The notes beneath the pieces were generated by a model. That model searched no databases, was not told where the DNA came from, and worked only from the letters and a program-made list of their open reading frames with translations. DNA of 64,000 bases from contig CM022677.1 in the NCBI GenBank assembly GCA_012295275.1, forward strand, positions 23,498,001-23,562,000, read 5' to 3'. Shown here in pieces: positions 40,496 through 53,553 of this stretch. Position 1 is the stretch's first letter. Every line of letters begins with the position of its first letter. The DNA is from Chrysomallon squamiferum (taxonomy: Eukaryota; Animalia; Mollusca). A program made the position numbers and the translations under genes.

Positions 40496-40526
<31 letters not shown>

Positions 40527-42643
40527 TTTTGTTGTTGTTGTTGTTGTGGTTGTTGTTGTTTTTCTCCGGCAGATCATTCTCCCTAAATTCGAAAGTTGAA
40601 ATTAAGACCATTACGACGATATTTTGACGAAGATGATAATCATCTACTAATAATGATGATGATGATAATAATAATAATAATAACGGATATAGTGGTTGTA
40701 GTTGTTGTTGTAGTTGCTTCTGTTGTTGTCATTATTATAGCGTTGTTTTTTCGGGTTTTTAAGTGTGTGTGTGTGTGTTTTTTTTTTGTGGTAATAAAGT
40801 ATTTGTAGTAGTAGAAAAGTAGCAAATGTACTTTTTGAATTAAACCCATATTAACAGTTGATGGTGGGTGGAGTTCTTGGGTGATGAATACGGGTACGTG
40901 TTCTGTCACATGCGGAAATGGAACATTTGTAAAGAAAAGCAGTCGCAAATGCAGTAATCCTAAACCACAGGACGGTGGCAAATTCTGCAAAGGGGTGGCG
41001 TTTAATAACATGGTAACGTCCTGCCAAAAACACCCATGTACAGGTAATCTGTTATTTTTTTTTTTTATCCTAAGTAAAATAATGATAATAATATTATCAG
41101 CTTAAGAATAATTATTTTTATATCATCATTCTTCATAAGAATAGTATAATTAATTATTAACAGGATGAATAGAATTTTTTTTTCTTGTTGTTGCTACTAC
41201 TTCTACTATTATAACGCTTCAGGACTGGTAGAAGCTTGAAAAGGTAAATTTAAACTTACGATTTTGACTTATAAAATAGAAATGTTTTTATGGCTAATTT
41301 GGCATAGTATGATATTCTAGAATATTTTTACTATTAAAGCTCAAAATTTTATATGAAATTAGGTTAAAATAATGTTATTCTGATAATGTGATGGTGATGA
41401 TGACGGAAACTCTTCTTTTTGATTGATTTTTGATGTTATTCCAAAAGAAGTATGAATCATTGCATAGTCATTATTACTATATCAGTAACAGAGGAAAACA
41501 TAATTTCTTATTATTATTTTTGTTGCTGCTTGCTGCTGCTGCTGAAATAATAATTATTACAAATACTGTTTTAACGTATCAGGAAATCAGAAGTCGTTGC
41601 AGAGTATTGACCTACGTAAGTTTAAAACTGAATTCTTAATTGATAGAAGGATATATTTTTATGGGTTCTTTCGATCTAGTATATTTTGAATTTTTACTAT
41701 CTAAATTCAAAAATGTATTCAAAATTCCTGAGTTGAAATGAAGAGTATTGTTTTCTTCGATGGTTATGACTGAGTCTGCTGTTTATTTATTTATTTATTT
41801 ATTTATTATTTCATTACACGATTATTCAGTAATTAAAGTAAAGCCAATCACTGGAAGGAGATGATGCAGGTAAGAAGAAAATATATAGTTCCGATTTACA
41901 GAAACGGAGTCTTTATTCTGTGTACCATGTTTGAAATGTGTTTTGTATTTAAATTCTTTTTTTTTCTTCACATTTGGTATATTCTTACATAGAAAATTAC
42001 GACACTACAATTCTTGTGTTGAAAACTGTATAAAATTGCGATATTCAAATTAAAGTAGAGTTTAAGATGATGAATAATATTTGTTTATTTACTTATTTAG
42101 CCTACTGAATTCAATTAAATGTTAACAAGAAATTATTAACTTAACATTAAAAATAAATAAATATATATATATATATTTCTGTAATTACAGATATTGAGAA
42201 TAATTCATTAATTTCTAAATATAAATTCGTCATCATTCTTCATCATCGTCTTCTTCTTCATCTTGTTGTTGTTGTTGTTCTTCTTCTTCTTCTTCTTCTT
42301 CTTATTATTATTATCATTTGTATCATATTAACGTTTCAGGAAAAGCGAAATCACTGCATCCAGGTGAAGCAGGTAAGAAGAAAACATACAGGCCTGATTC
42401 ACAAAAACAACATCTTTTCGATCATTGTTCTGTGTAGCATGATTAAATATGTTTTTCATTTAATATGATCGTTTTATACCAAATTACTGAACTGTAAGCA
42501 ACTGTATTCGTATGTTGAAAACTGTATAAAATTGCGATATTCAAATTAAAGTAGAGTTTAAGATGATGAACAATATTTGTTTATTTACTTGTTTAGCCTA
42601 CTGAATTCAATTAAATGTTAACAAGAAATGATTAAATTAACAT

Positions 42644-42688
<45 letters not shown>

Positions 42689-42833
42689 TTTCTGTAATTA
42701 CAGATATTGATAATAATTAATTAATTTCTAAATATCGGTGGTTCATATAAATTCGTCATCATTCTTCATCATCGTCTTCTTCTTCATCTTGTTGTTGTTG
42801 TTGTTGTTGTTCTTCTTCTTCTTCTTCTTCTTC

Positions 42834-42870
<37 letters not shown>

Positions 42871-43473
42871 CATTTGTACCATATTAACGTTTCAGAAAAG
42901 GCGAAATCGCTGGACCCAGATGAAGCAGGTAAGAAGAAAACATACAGGTCCGATTCACAGAAACAACATCTTTTCGATCATTGTTCTGTGTAGCATAATT
43001 AAATATGTTTTTCATTTAATATGATAATTTTATACCAAATTACTGAACTGTAAGCAACTGTATTCGTTTGTTGAAAACTGTATATAAGTTCTTTCTAGAT
43101 GTTATCATAGATATACTTTCTTCAGTCAGAAATTGTGAAAAAGAAAATGAAATAAAAATTAAAATAAATGATATAAACACGTAACTCCTTATTTCGTTAG
43201 AAATAAATGTGGCTATTTGTTGCCTTAGATTATGGTAATAATTTCATGTACTTTGATAACTGCTATTAATTCGAAGACTATTACTTGTTTTAAACTTTGA
43301 ACTTTATACAACACAGGTTAATGCCATTTACTATTATTTTTTATTTCTAATTTTATTTTTGATTATTATTATTTTATATAATATGTCTTTGCAGTAGCAA
43401 TGCAGTATACTTCAGGGTTTTTTGGTTCATCACTGGCTTTGGTTATTCTAATTTACGTTGCATACACAGTTCG

Positions 43474-43524
<51 letters not shown>

Positions 43525-43626
43525 GTGTGTGTATATGTATGTCTGTGTGTGTGTTTGTGTGTGTGTGTGTGGATATTAATCAAAATAATTTAAGGGGCAG
43601 ATGATATTTTCAGCATTAGTTTCTGA
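31141..43626 (+). CDS. Gene C: 4-TSR single-pass membrane protein with 33-nt micro-exon arrays
   Basis: Leader 31141-31192 (MNSIIKQALIQEVLISL); TSR exons 32797-32982, 34330-34515, 39884(or 39896)-40081, 40858-41043; 33-nt exons starting at 32326, 33269, 34951, 35467, 35904, 36505, 36999, 37505, 38007, 38488, 39038, 39508, 41583, 42340, 42896; TM 43395-43473; tail 43614-43626 (RISF*). Confidence 0.8.
32797..32982 (+). CDS. Gene C TSR exon 1
   Basis: 186 nt, DGGWSEWVSKRKDCSVTCGKG..SRKCNSPKPLFGGKYC..CLKAPCP. Confidence 0.9.
34330..34515 (+). CDS. Gene C TSR exon 2 (recent duplicate of exon 1)
   Basis: 186 nt, 5 nt differences from 32797-32982, flanking intron also duplicated. Confidence 0.9.
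34900..39600 (+). repeat. Array of ten ~440-600 bp units, each (TTC/TTA)n tract + 33-nt micro-exon + conserved intron
   Basis: Consensus aacgtttcag|GAAAGTCYGAATCACTGGAAGGAGATGATGCAG|gtaagaagaaaaca..ccgattcacagaaac recurs ten times. Confidence 0.88.
39884..40081 (+). CDS. Gene C TSR exon 3
   Basis: DGGWSSWIFETTECNATCGDG..RRECNNPEPQNDGMVC..PCENVTCP; acceptor 39884 or 39896 (both in frame). Confidence 0.88.
40858..41043 (+). CDS. Gene C TSR exon 4
   Basis: 186 nt, DGGWSSWVMNTGTCSVTCGNG..SRKCSNPKPQDGGKFC..SCQKHPCT. Confidence 0.9.
43395..43473 (+). CDS. Gene C transmembrane exon
   Basis: tgcag|TA..CG|gtac, VAMQYTSGFFGSSLALVILIYVAYTVR, phase 1-2 like the other TM exons. Confidence 0.75.
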
Positions 43627-43889
43627 ATGGCCAGATATCTTACGTAGATCATAATGTCACACACTATATTAATGAAACTGGTACAGTTCCAAATTCTATA
43701 ACAATAGAAGATCGAGGAAGTATACTAACCTGGCTTCGGGATGGCAACATACAAAGAAAGTCTGAGACCCACTTTAGCGATGGTACTGTGACGGAAGAAT
43801 ATTTTTACCTTCCGCCTGTAAAATGTTAGATCTATCATGATCGTTGATTCGGTCTGCTGAATCCATGAAAAGAAAACTTGAATTCCCCT

Positions 43890-44170
43890 GGGAACCTGGA
43901 TTCATTACCGCCTTCCGAGCAACAAGGGTAAAGGATTTTTTTACTAGAACTAGAGTCTGATCGAACCATACGAAATTGCCCAGGAACCAATAATGTACGC
44001 TGCCGTCGCCAGATTGTTAGACATCGACACCTACGTGGTCAACGACATGACTGGTACACTCGTCTTTAGCGCCGGCAGCGTGTTCATGGTGGTCGAGTAC
44101 TGTTCACAGAAGAATGCACGTTCAACGTCGAATTACAAACTTCCAGCAGAACGCGTCGTTGATGTTAAAG
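43890..44170 (+). mobile_element. Tc1/mariner-like transposase relic downstream of gene C
   Basis: One frame reads SDRTIRNCPGTNNVRCRRQIVRHRHLRGQRHDWYTRL*RRQRVHGGRVLFTEECTF, resembling Tc1 'S.RTIRNRL..RRP..RHR..R..W..W..VLF(S/T)DESRF'. Confidence 0.5.
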
Positions 44171-44291
44171 TCAGATGTAGCAATTATCTCCTACTGTTTC
44201 TGTATCATCTCTGTATTTTTTTGTGCCATATTTCCGAGACGTAACGAATAATGAATAATACTGAAAGTTAAAATCAGAGTTTTAAAATGCT

Positions 44292-44327
<36 letters not shown>

Positions 44328-44632
44328 ACTCAACAGATTTAGACTTATTAGACGGAGACAGGACGACGACATGGAATCGCAGTTGTACATCAAAGACAAA
44401 TCCAAACATTGAAAGTCAAAGGAATGAGGAAAGCAGATCAATATATATTTGAACTGATGTTTGTTCTCGAGTTCTCTTTTGTTCAACTGACAAAAAACAA
44501 AACCCAATATGTACAAAATATGTACATATTTCAGTGTAATGTAAGGTTTTTAACCATCTGATAAGGATAGATATAAACAATTTTTGTATTAACATATTCT
44601 TACAAAGTCATGTTTTCAAGAGTGTGTATTGA

Positions 44633-44691
<59 letters not shown>

Positions 44692-45924
44692 GTGATTAGT
44701 GTTATTTAAATATGATTAAAACAATGTAGACTTTCGATTTATAAAAGTTTCTATTTGGTCATTTTCATTAATTTTTTTAAATTAATTTATGAAAAAAAAA
44801 AGTCTGAAATAAATGCACCTCACTGAATAATTTTTAAAGAACTCCTATTTTTTTTTTAATTTATTGAAAACTGGATACCAGAGAGTGTTCGACTAAATAT
44901 AATTTTTTTTAATTAATTTAAAAAATGGATACCAGTTCAGTACGACTAACTATAATTTCAAATAACTAATTTAACAAATAAATGCTTCGGAAATACAAAC
45001 TGCCTTTTTAAATATCAGGTATTCTGTTATTGAGCTAAAAAAAACTTTATTCCAGTCTTTAAGGCAACCGAGAACAAAGAAAAGTGACTATGACCAGAGT
45101 TAAGAAGTAAATAATTTGTAAAGATATTCATGATGTTATTCTGATGTTTTAGCTATATTAATTATTGCACAGTATTTCATTATGCACAGAATGAATTTTG
45201 AGTTTCTTCAGTGCATCAACTAGGGGAAATATTCAAAGCTGATCATGCTACAGAATGATGAAAAGGAGATGAAAGTTTTCTTAGCAGTATCGTACCGTCT
45301 CTTTATATCTTTGGAATATGAAATGCAAACCAAAATATTAATTACTGATATTTTTGTTTGTAGGGATGAATGTGCACGAAGACATATTTATTAACAGTAC
45401 AGCATACACTCAGCCACGAGCGAAAACACACACACATACACACTGACGGAGGGAGATAGGGAATACTGTCATATTATTATTGATGTTTATATATATGTGT
45501 ATGTATTTATTTAATACGTATGTATGTACGTGTGTTTGTATTTGAACCAGAACCTGCATTCTGTTGAGACTGGACAGTACTGCGACTCTTTATGTAATAA
45601 TTAAAATAATTATTTTATATTATAATAAATAAATCGTTGATTACGATACATGCTCTGTGGTTCTAAAAAATTATAATTATTATTATCATTATAAGCATAA
45701 CAGAATAATATTAACTACTAAACCGAATATTACTGTTCTTGTTTCCATTTGCGGTTGTTTGCTTGTAAAACCAAAATTAACTTTCCGATACCTAAAACAT
45801 GAAATGTGGCAGACTTGAGAGAAACGTGTAATTTGCATAATTTGACATAGAACGATTTATTTTGAAATGTTAAATTTATCCGTTGTTTACCTAAGATAAC
45901 ATGTCCCCCCCCAAAAAAAAAAAA

Positions 45925-46267
45925 AAACGAATACTGGTGATGAAGCTGAATATGTATACTACGTCATGATATTTGTTTTTGAAATGATGTGAAAATAATG
46001 ACGAAACAGGAACGCGGGGCAAGAACACGTCACAACCATCGGGCGAACTTCCGCAGCGGCGCACTTACATCGTTTGTCACATGAACGCATTGTTGTTGGT
46101 CAAAATGAATATTCATCAACAAATATACTTCCGTCGTGCTCGACGCTCTGTATTTAATATACGACGACTGCAGACGACACTTGTAACTAAGTGATTTTGA
46201 AAAATCGCTGATTCAGCTTTCATCAAACAGTTTGTTGGAAGTGATAAGCTACACGACTATATGTCAG
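45925..46267 (+). promoter_or_regulatory. Putative promoter and non-coding exon 1 of gene D
   Basis: CpG-rich patch, two ETS-type ACTTCCG (46047, 46127), donor CAG|GTAAAT at 46267, similarity to the 5' regions of B and C. Confidence 0.5.
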
Positions 46268-47083
46268 GTAAATGGGTTGATTCAAATAATTAAATCATCA
46301 CTTTGGGGTTTACCTACTTCACTCCCTAGCTCAGATCCAAATAAAATTTTAATTGATATTATTTTAAATAAGAATAAGAAACAATTAGAAAAAAATACAC
46401 ACAAAATAAAAAAAATAAAAAAATAAAAAATAAAAAGATAAAAAAAATAAAAAAAATAAAACAAACAGTGGGAATGTTTATTTATAAATATTCAAACGTG
46501 TATGAATTCTTTTCTGCTCTTGTTAAAAGTAATGGTAACATCAGATACGAAATACCTACATGCATATCTTTATTTAAAAATTTCTTTTAAATAAATAATC
46601 AAATAAACTGCTTGGTACTCACGTATCACATTTGTGAAAGTTTATCATTATCATCATCATCAGTTATTATTACTGTTTTTAAAATAATCGGTCGCATTGT
46701 TTTCCTCTGGCTTGAAAAGAAAAATACTAACAACTGAAATAAATAAATAAATAAATAAATCATTCTCGTGAAACAAAAAAATGAAGAAAAAAATCAAACA
46801 ATTATGTTAAGAGGCATGACGTCACAGTGCAGTTTTTTGTGTTTTCTTTTTAAATCGGAACTAAAATAATAAATAAATAAATAAATAAATGAATAATGAA
46901 ATACAAGAAAACATAAATAATACTTTGCTACCTTTTAATATTTCACTTTTTCTAAATGATTTTGGAATCTTAAATTTGTATCTATCTATCTATGTATGTA
47001 TGTATGTAACAGTGTATCTAACCGTTAGCTGTATGATTGTTATTTTTTGTGTGGGTTCTTTTTCCACAGATAGACAAATCGAC

Positions 47084-48770
47084 ATGAGATCTGTAATTGT
47101 ACTAGCGGTAATTCAGAAATGTTTGCTTTTATACGGTTTGTATAATTTGATCACTGTTTTACTTATTACTGGCTACAATTTGTTTTGCATTCGCGTCGTA
47201 TATTTTTAAGTTTGTTACTGGTTATTTGTAAGCATTATTAACAAATAACTCAGAATTAAATACTTAATTTATGTTTGTGTTTAATTGTTAACACCTTTGC
47301 GAGCGTTCGTAAAAATATATTTAAATACGCATTTACGATAACGAAAGATACGTTGTTCACAAAAAGAATAAAAACTAGTTTTAAGATTCATTAGCAACGT
47401 TTACTGTACAAACAGCCTTTGCGCTGCTGAAATTATTTTTATTATTATTTTTATCAACCCTGGCTGGACCTAGGGCTGGATATATAATATATAATATATA
47501 GATATAGATATATATATGGAATTTGTTTTTATAATCTATGTTCACTGGACAGTATGCGCGTTTATATGTTTACGCAAATGGACACGTGATGCGAATATCC
47601 ATTACAGCTGACGCAACGTGGGGATTTTGGACTTTGATTTATGAAGGCGACTGTGAGGATACTTGTTTCCGAGCGAATCATCTCATTAGGGAGTTTAACA
47701 ACGACAGTGTGCATGGTGGAAAAGATCCAGCTGGAATTACCGCCAAAATAGTATTCACGAATTGCACAGGAGGTAACTGTAATCCAGGTTAGCAATCCAT
47801 TTTTCTTCTTCTTCTTCTTTTTCTTCTGATGTATTATAAATAAGATATTTTATGATTATTTTTATTGATAAACTTTTTAACTAACTAACTAACTAATTAA
47901 TAAATATAATTATTATTATTATTATTGTTGTTTTTGTAGTTTTTGTAGAAGTCATCGTCATCATATTAGTAATATAAATAAATAATTATTTACATATTTA
48001 TTGTTGCCATACTGTATTTTTCACATTTGCAGCTGAACCGAAAACATTAGTACATGGTAAGTGACTTTTACATATTTCATTTCGTAGCAGTTTAGTTTAT
48101 TTTAAAATACGTTGACTCTGTAACATTTATCCAGATGGAGATTTGATAGTGGAACTGCTTTGACTTTCTAAAAATTTTCCAGGAATTTGGACACCGTGGG
48201 AACCAGCGACGACTGTACAGTGCACAGACACGTGCACCAGACTGTCACTTTACGCTCGACACTGTAAACCCCGGTTTACATGTTCTGGTGGCTATTTCAA
48301 ACAGTCTTTCGAAACATGCTCAAACGGATTCTGTCATATAGGTACGTATATTTTGTTGGCAATGTGTAGAAAAAACACTTAAAAAACAACAACATCCATA
48401 AGAACACAAATATGTAATCACGTTCAAAACAAAATACAACGAATTTTACAGAAATAAGAATTTTATTAAAAATCACGAAGCAAAGAATGAAATGGATGTA
48501 AGAAGCAAATCGATTTTTTGTCTGTGAGTGGACGGAGGTGGACGTAAAATGGAGTCTAAATGAGGTCCCAGGAGACCGACTAAATGTGCACACGCGTGTA
48601 TCTGAGTGTAAGAAAAACAACTGCAAGCCAGATTTATTTAAAGTAATTCTCGTAATCTTTTGTTCTCAACATCCGCTGAAAAAGTCGTTAACGGTTACAT
48701 TTAGAAAGTTGTCAAAATCCAAAAAAAAAATAAAAATCCTCATTTTTTTTTTTTTTTACGGAGGGATATG

Positions 48771-48813
<43 letters not shown>

Positions 48814-49489
48814 TCCATTTATCTTTGTTCTGTTATTTCTGTCTCTGGTAATAATAGTTTTAATAATGCTGATGATGAATACGACAGTGACAAACAATTC
48901 AGTCATGCGGCGACATTTCTTTTCTTTTCTCGCAAATGCTAAAGTTGTTATTAACAAGGTAACAGAGTCGATTACAGCACTGTACATAACAGCTTTCATA
49001 GCATTAAAATATAACTGATGATAAATATGACAGCTAATAAATGACTGGTTTACATTCACTTACATGGATTTATGGCGTTATTGGTGTTGCTCCTGTACTA
49101 CATCTAATATGTGGCTTCTTACTATGAATTATTTTTATTGTTGTTGTTGTTGTTAATATTTATTATTAATATTATTTCCGTTATTAAATTTGTGTGTGTG
49201 TGTGTGTGTGTGTGCAAGTTAACAATATTATATATATATATATATATATTTTTTTTTAGTTGATGATTCCTGGAGTGAATGGGTGTTAGATTCAAACAAA
49301 TGCAGTGTGACATGTGGGAATGGTATGCAAATCGCTGTATACATTAGAGGATGCATGAATCCTGCACCAAAAGACGGAGGAGAAATATGCCAAGGAAATG
49401 ACACGAAAAGAAAAACATCTACTTGTGTACGGGAAAAGTGTTCATGTAATGGAACTTAGCTGTAGCATTATAATTCTTCTTTTTCTTTT

Positions 49490-49585
<96 letters not shown>

Positions 49586-50239
49586 GTTTTAAAGGTATTT
49601 ATACAATAGTCTCCTCTTTTCATTTTCTTCTTGTACGTCACATCTCTGAACGAAGCACTAGAAGATAAAATAAATTTAGAATTTTTGAATGTCATTGTTA
49701 TAATGCGTGTATCAGCTTTGCTTTACGTATGTGTGTGTATATATATATATGTGTGAGGGGCGTTAATCGTGCGTGTGTCTACGTGTTGTTCTACGTTGTA
49801 TGAAAACAGATGCAGGTGGGTCAGGGTGGAGCAGTTGGTGGAGTGGACCTGTGGGCGACTGTGCACCAAACTGTCTGCAAAAGTGGATGTATTATAGAGG
49901 TGCAAATATAAGGAATCTGGATCACCGCCATTTGTTGAAAGGCTTGTATAGTTTACTGAAATTTAAAAGATGCATAGGGCATTACTGTGAAACAGGTAAG
50001 TCATTAATAATTTATTTCTTTTATTTACCTTTATTGTTTGTTTTTTCTTCTTTCTTTTTGTTAATTATATATATATATATGATACTGAGAATATCTTAAA
50101 AATAGGTTTTAGTTAGACATCTTTATAAATAAATTGATTAATTATCAAATAATAAATGTTCATAAATAATCGTACTAATATAATTAATAGAAATAACAGT
50201 GGCAGGATTAATAAAATAATTTTACTTATTTATCATGTG

Positions 50240-50294
<55 letters not shown>

Positions 50295-51325
50295 TTATTT
50301 ACATTTTCAGTTAGATACTTTGGTGAGTTACTTTGAATTATTTTCTTCTTTGTAATAGTTTTAGTTATTTAATAATACTATGAAGAGAAAAATACAGTTC
50401 AGTGTAACATCTCTATTATGATCCACCCTTTTTATAGAAAAGCTGGCTTAAATGCCTCTAAAATTAAACATCAAACCTTTATTCAATTTCCAGGCTCTTG
50501 GTCTGAGTGGACACTACAGCAGAATGGATCATGTACAAAAATGTGTGGCAGGAAGCTTTTGTACAGACGTAGTTGTTACCCCAACGACACATGTCGCGGT
50601 ACTTTTGAGAAGAAATACTTGGATTACTGCACAGACGGCAGTTGTGATGTTCGTAAGTCAAAGATTTTGTAAGATTTTTAGTCGTTTCTTTTTATATTAC
50701 TATTATTATTATTATTATTATTGTTATTGTAGTTGTTGTTGTTGTTGTTGTTATTATTATTATGTTTGTTATTTATTAATATGTTTTCTTCTTAAATACA
50801 TTTCAGTGATCAGTATCATAACTATTACTATGAACCTAATACTAAATAATAAATAAATGAATAAATAAAAATACATGACATGCTGACTTTTTTTTTTTTA
50901 TCTTACACTTTCTTCAGCCAGAAAGCCTGGAGTTACAATTTTTATAAAGAGGATATTAGTAGCAGAAATGCCAGTAGAGTGTGCATTTTTATTATAATGC
51001 AAATAAAACACTATTGTTTTACATTTAATTAAGGCGATGGAGGTTGGAGTTCCTGGAAAGATAATACAGGAAACTGCTCGGTCACGTGTGGTGGGGGTTT
51101 ACGTCAGATCGTACAGAAAAGGAAATGTAATAACCCAGAACCAGTCAAAGGGGGCAGGGACTGTGAGGGTTTCAGTACACATTTTATTACACAGACTTGC
51201 AAAGTCAGTCCGTGTCCTGGTAAGAAAGTATTAACTTAAACAAATGTTTGTCATTCTCCTCTGTTAGTACATACAACAATACGCTTATATTCTGTTTCAC
51301 ACTCACACGCACAACCACACACACA

Positions 51326-51367
<42 letters not shown>

Positions 51368-51513
51368 TTACAGATTATGATCTCAAATAAGCATTTAAAA
51401 AGATAACAGTTTCCTTACGATACAATTTTGAATTACGCTAAACATATAAAAATTATTTTAAAAAAGAGCCAACATTCTGTAGTCTAATTTAATTTGACTA
51501 TATACTAAACTTC

Positions 51514-51567
<54 letters not shown>

Positions 51568-52683
51568 TCTTATTATTGTTATTGTTGTTGTTGTTGTTGT
51601 TGTCTTCATTAAAATATTATAATTGTATACTATTTTAATAGTCATTTCATCTGACTCTGTAATAAATAATTATATAAATATGGTATCAGGAACATCAAGT
51701 ATAACATGCGATGAGTTCTTAGATAATTTATATTGTAATGTATTATTATAATCCCGCACATCCACACACACACATGAAAAAACCAAAATAATGTGATGGT
51801 AATTAAAATAGATGAATACAATAATTACTATTTCTAACTTAATTCCTATAGAAAAAATAAACAACTTTATACTTCCAGACTTGTTATATGTGGTCAGTTA
51901 GTTCATTTATCGGTTTACATTTTCTATTTAAGACTTCTTTTGTGGCTAATTTTTGTTATAAAATCGCAACAGTTCTTAAAGATTGTATTAAGATCAGGCT
52001 AATTCTGAAGGAACTAATGAGATAATTACATATATTAACTGTAATACGTATAAATAACACTTTGAATATCAGATTTATTTCCCGAATTTAATATATAAAT
52101 ATATTTGTTGCAGGAGCAGAGAAAGCAGGTATGTTATCTCTTTATTACTACTGAAGTGTTGCATGGTTAAAAATATAATTTCAGATATACAAAAGAGGAA
52201 TCTGGTTGATATTGTTCTATTTTACGTGATTATCAAAACTTGCGTTATCTGACTTTAAATAAATTATAATATTTATCATTTATTTAATTATGATGTGATC
52301 TGTATATGAGATCTGTCTTTCTCTGTGTTCTAATATAAAATATCAAGATCAGAACAAATAAAATAGAGTAAAGTGAAAGAAAATTATTAAAATCTCGTTA
52401 CTATATATACGTCTTTGACTTCTTCTTTCTTTAATATTTTGCAGAAATAGTGAGTGGAGGTATGTTATCTCATTATTTCCCTTAACATTTAGAAACGGTT
52501 CAAAATGTCAGATGTAAAACGTAGAATCTGACTGAAATATTTCTATTTTATGTGATAATCATAACATGTCTGGTAAAAGATACGTTCTTTCAGAGGTATC
52601 ATTATACAAGAAAACCTTCAAACTATCACATTAAACACATTTTAATATTTTAGTTTGATATAATTATTGTGTGATCCATCTGT

Positions 52684-52763
<80 letters not shown>

Positions 52764-53480
52764 TATGTATAATACATATAATTAAAAATAAAATAAAGTA
52801 AAATGAAAAAATATTAAAAGCTCATTACCAGATATATCTAACACAATAGATTTTATGAAATCTTTTCTATAAATTATCTTCAGAATTAATCACTTTGCTA
52901 CAGACTTATTTATTTATTTATTTATATTTTTTATATTTTAAATAACCAATTTGTTAATTTGCTGTTAATTAGCATTGGTTGTAAAATACTTGATGTACTG
53001 GTAGTAATAACATAATTAGTTATTTCGGTTCTGTGATTAAGTGATTCAATTTTCTACATAAAATTTCGGCTGTAGCTAATATTTGTTACAAACTCGCAAC
53101 AGATTGTCTTGACATCAGCCTAATTCTAAGGAAACTATTCTGAAATCATTAAATATAAATAATAATTAAAAATCAGATATACTTCTCTCATTTCGTATTT
53201 CTTTTATTGAGAGCAGGTATATTATCTCGTTATTTCTGTACTATTTAACTGATTAAATGTTATACAGAACTTCTGCTGTGGCTAATATTTGTTACACACT
53301 GTTTTTATTTTTTATTTTCAATCAACAGTGAGTGAAGGTATGTTATCCCATAAGTTCTCTTTAAATTTAGTAATGAATAAAAATATTATTTCAGATCTAA
53401 AAAGGCTAATTTGGATGAATTTTTAAAAATATTTTGTGGATGAATTAATAGTTTTTATGAAAATACTCTTTTGTCATTCC

Positions 53481-53553
<73 letters not shown>

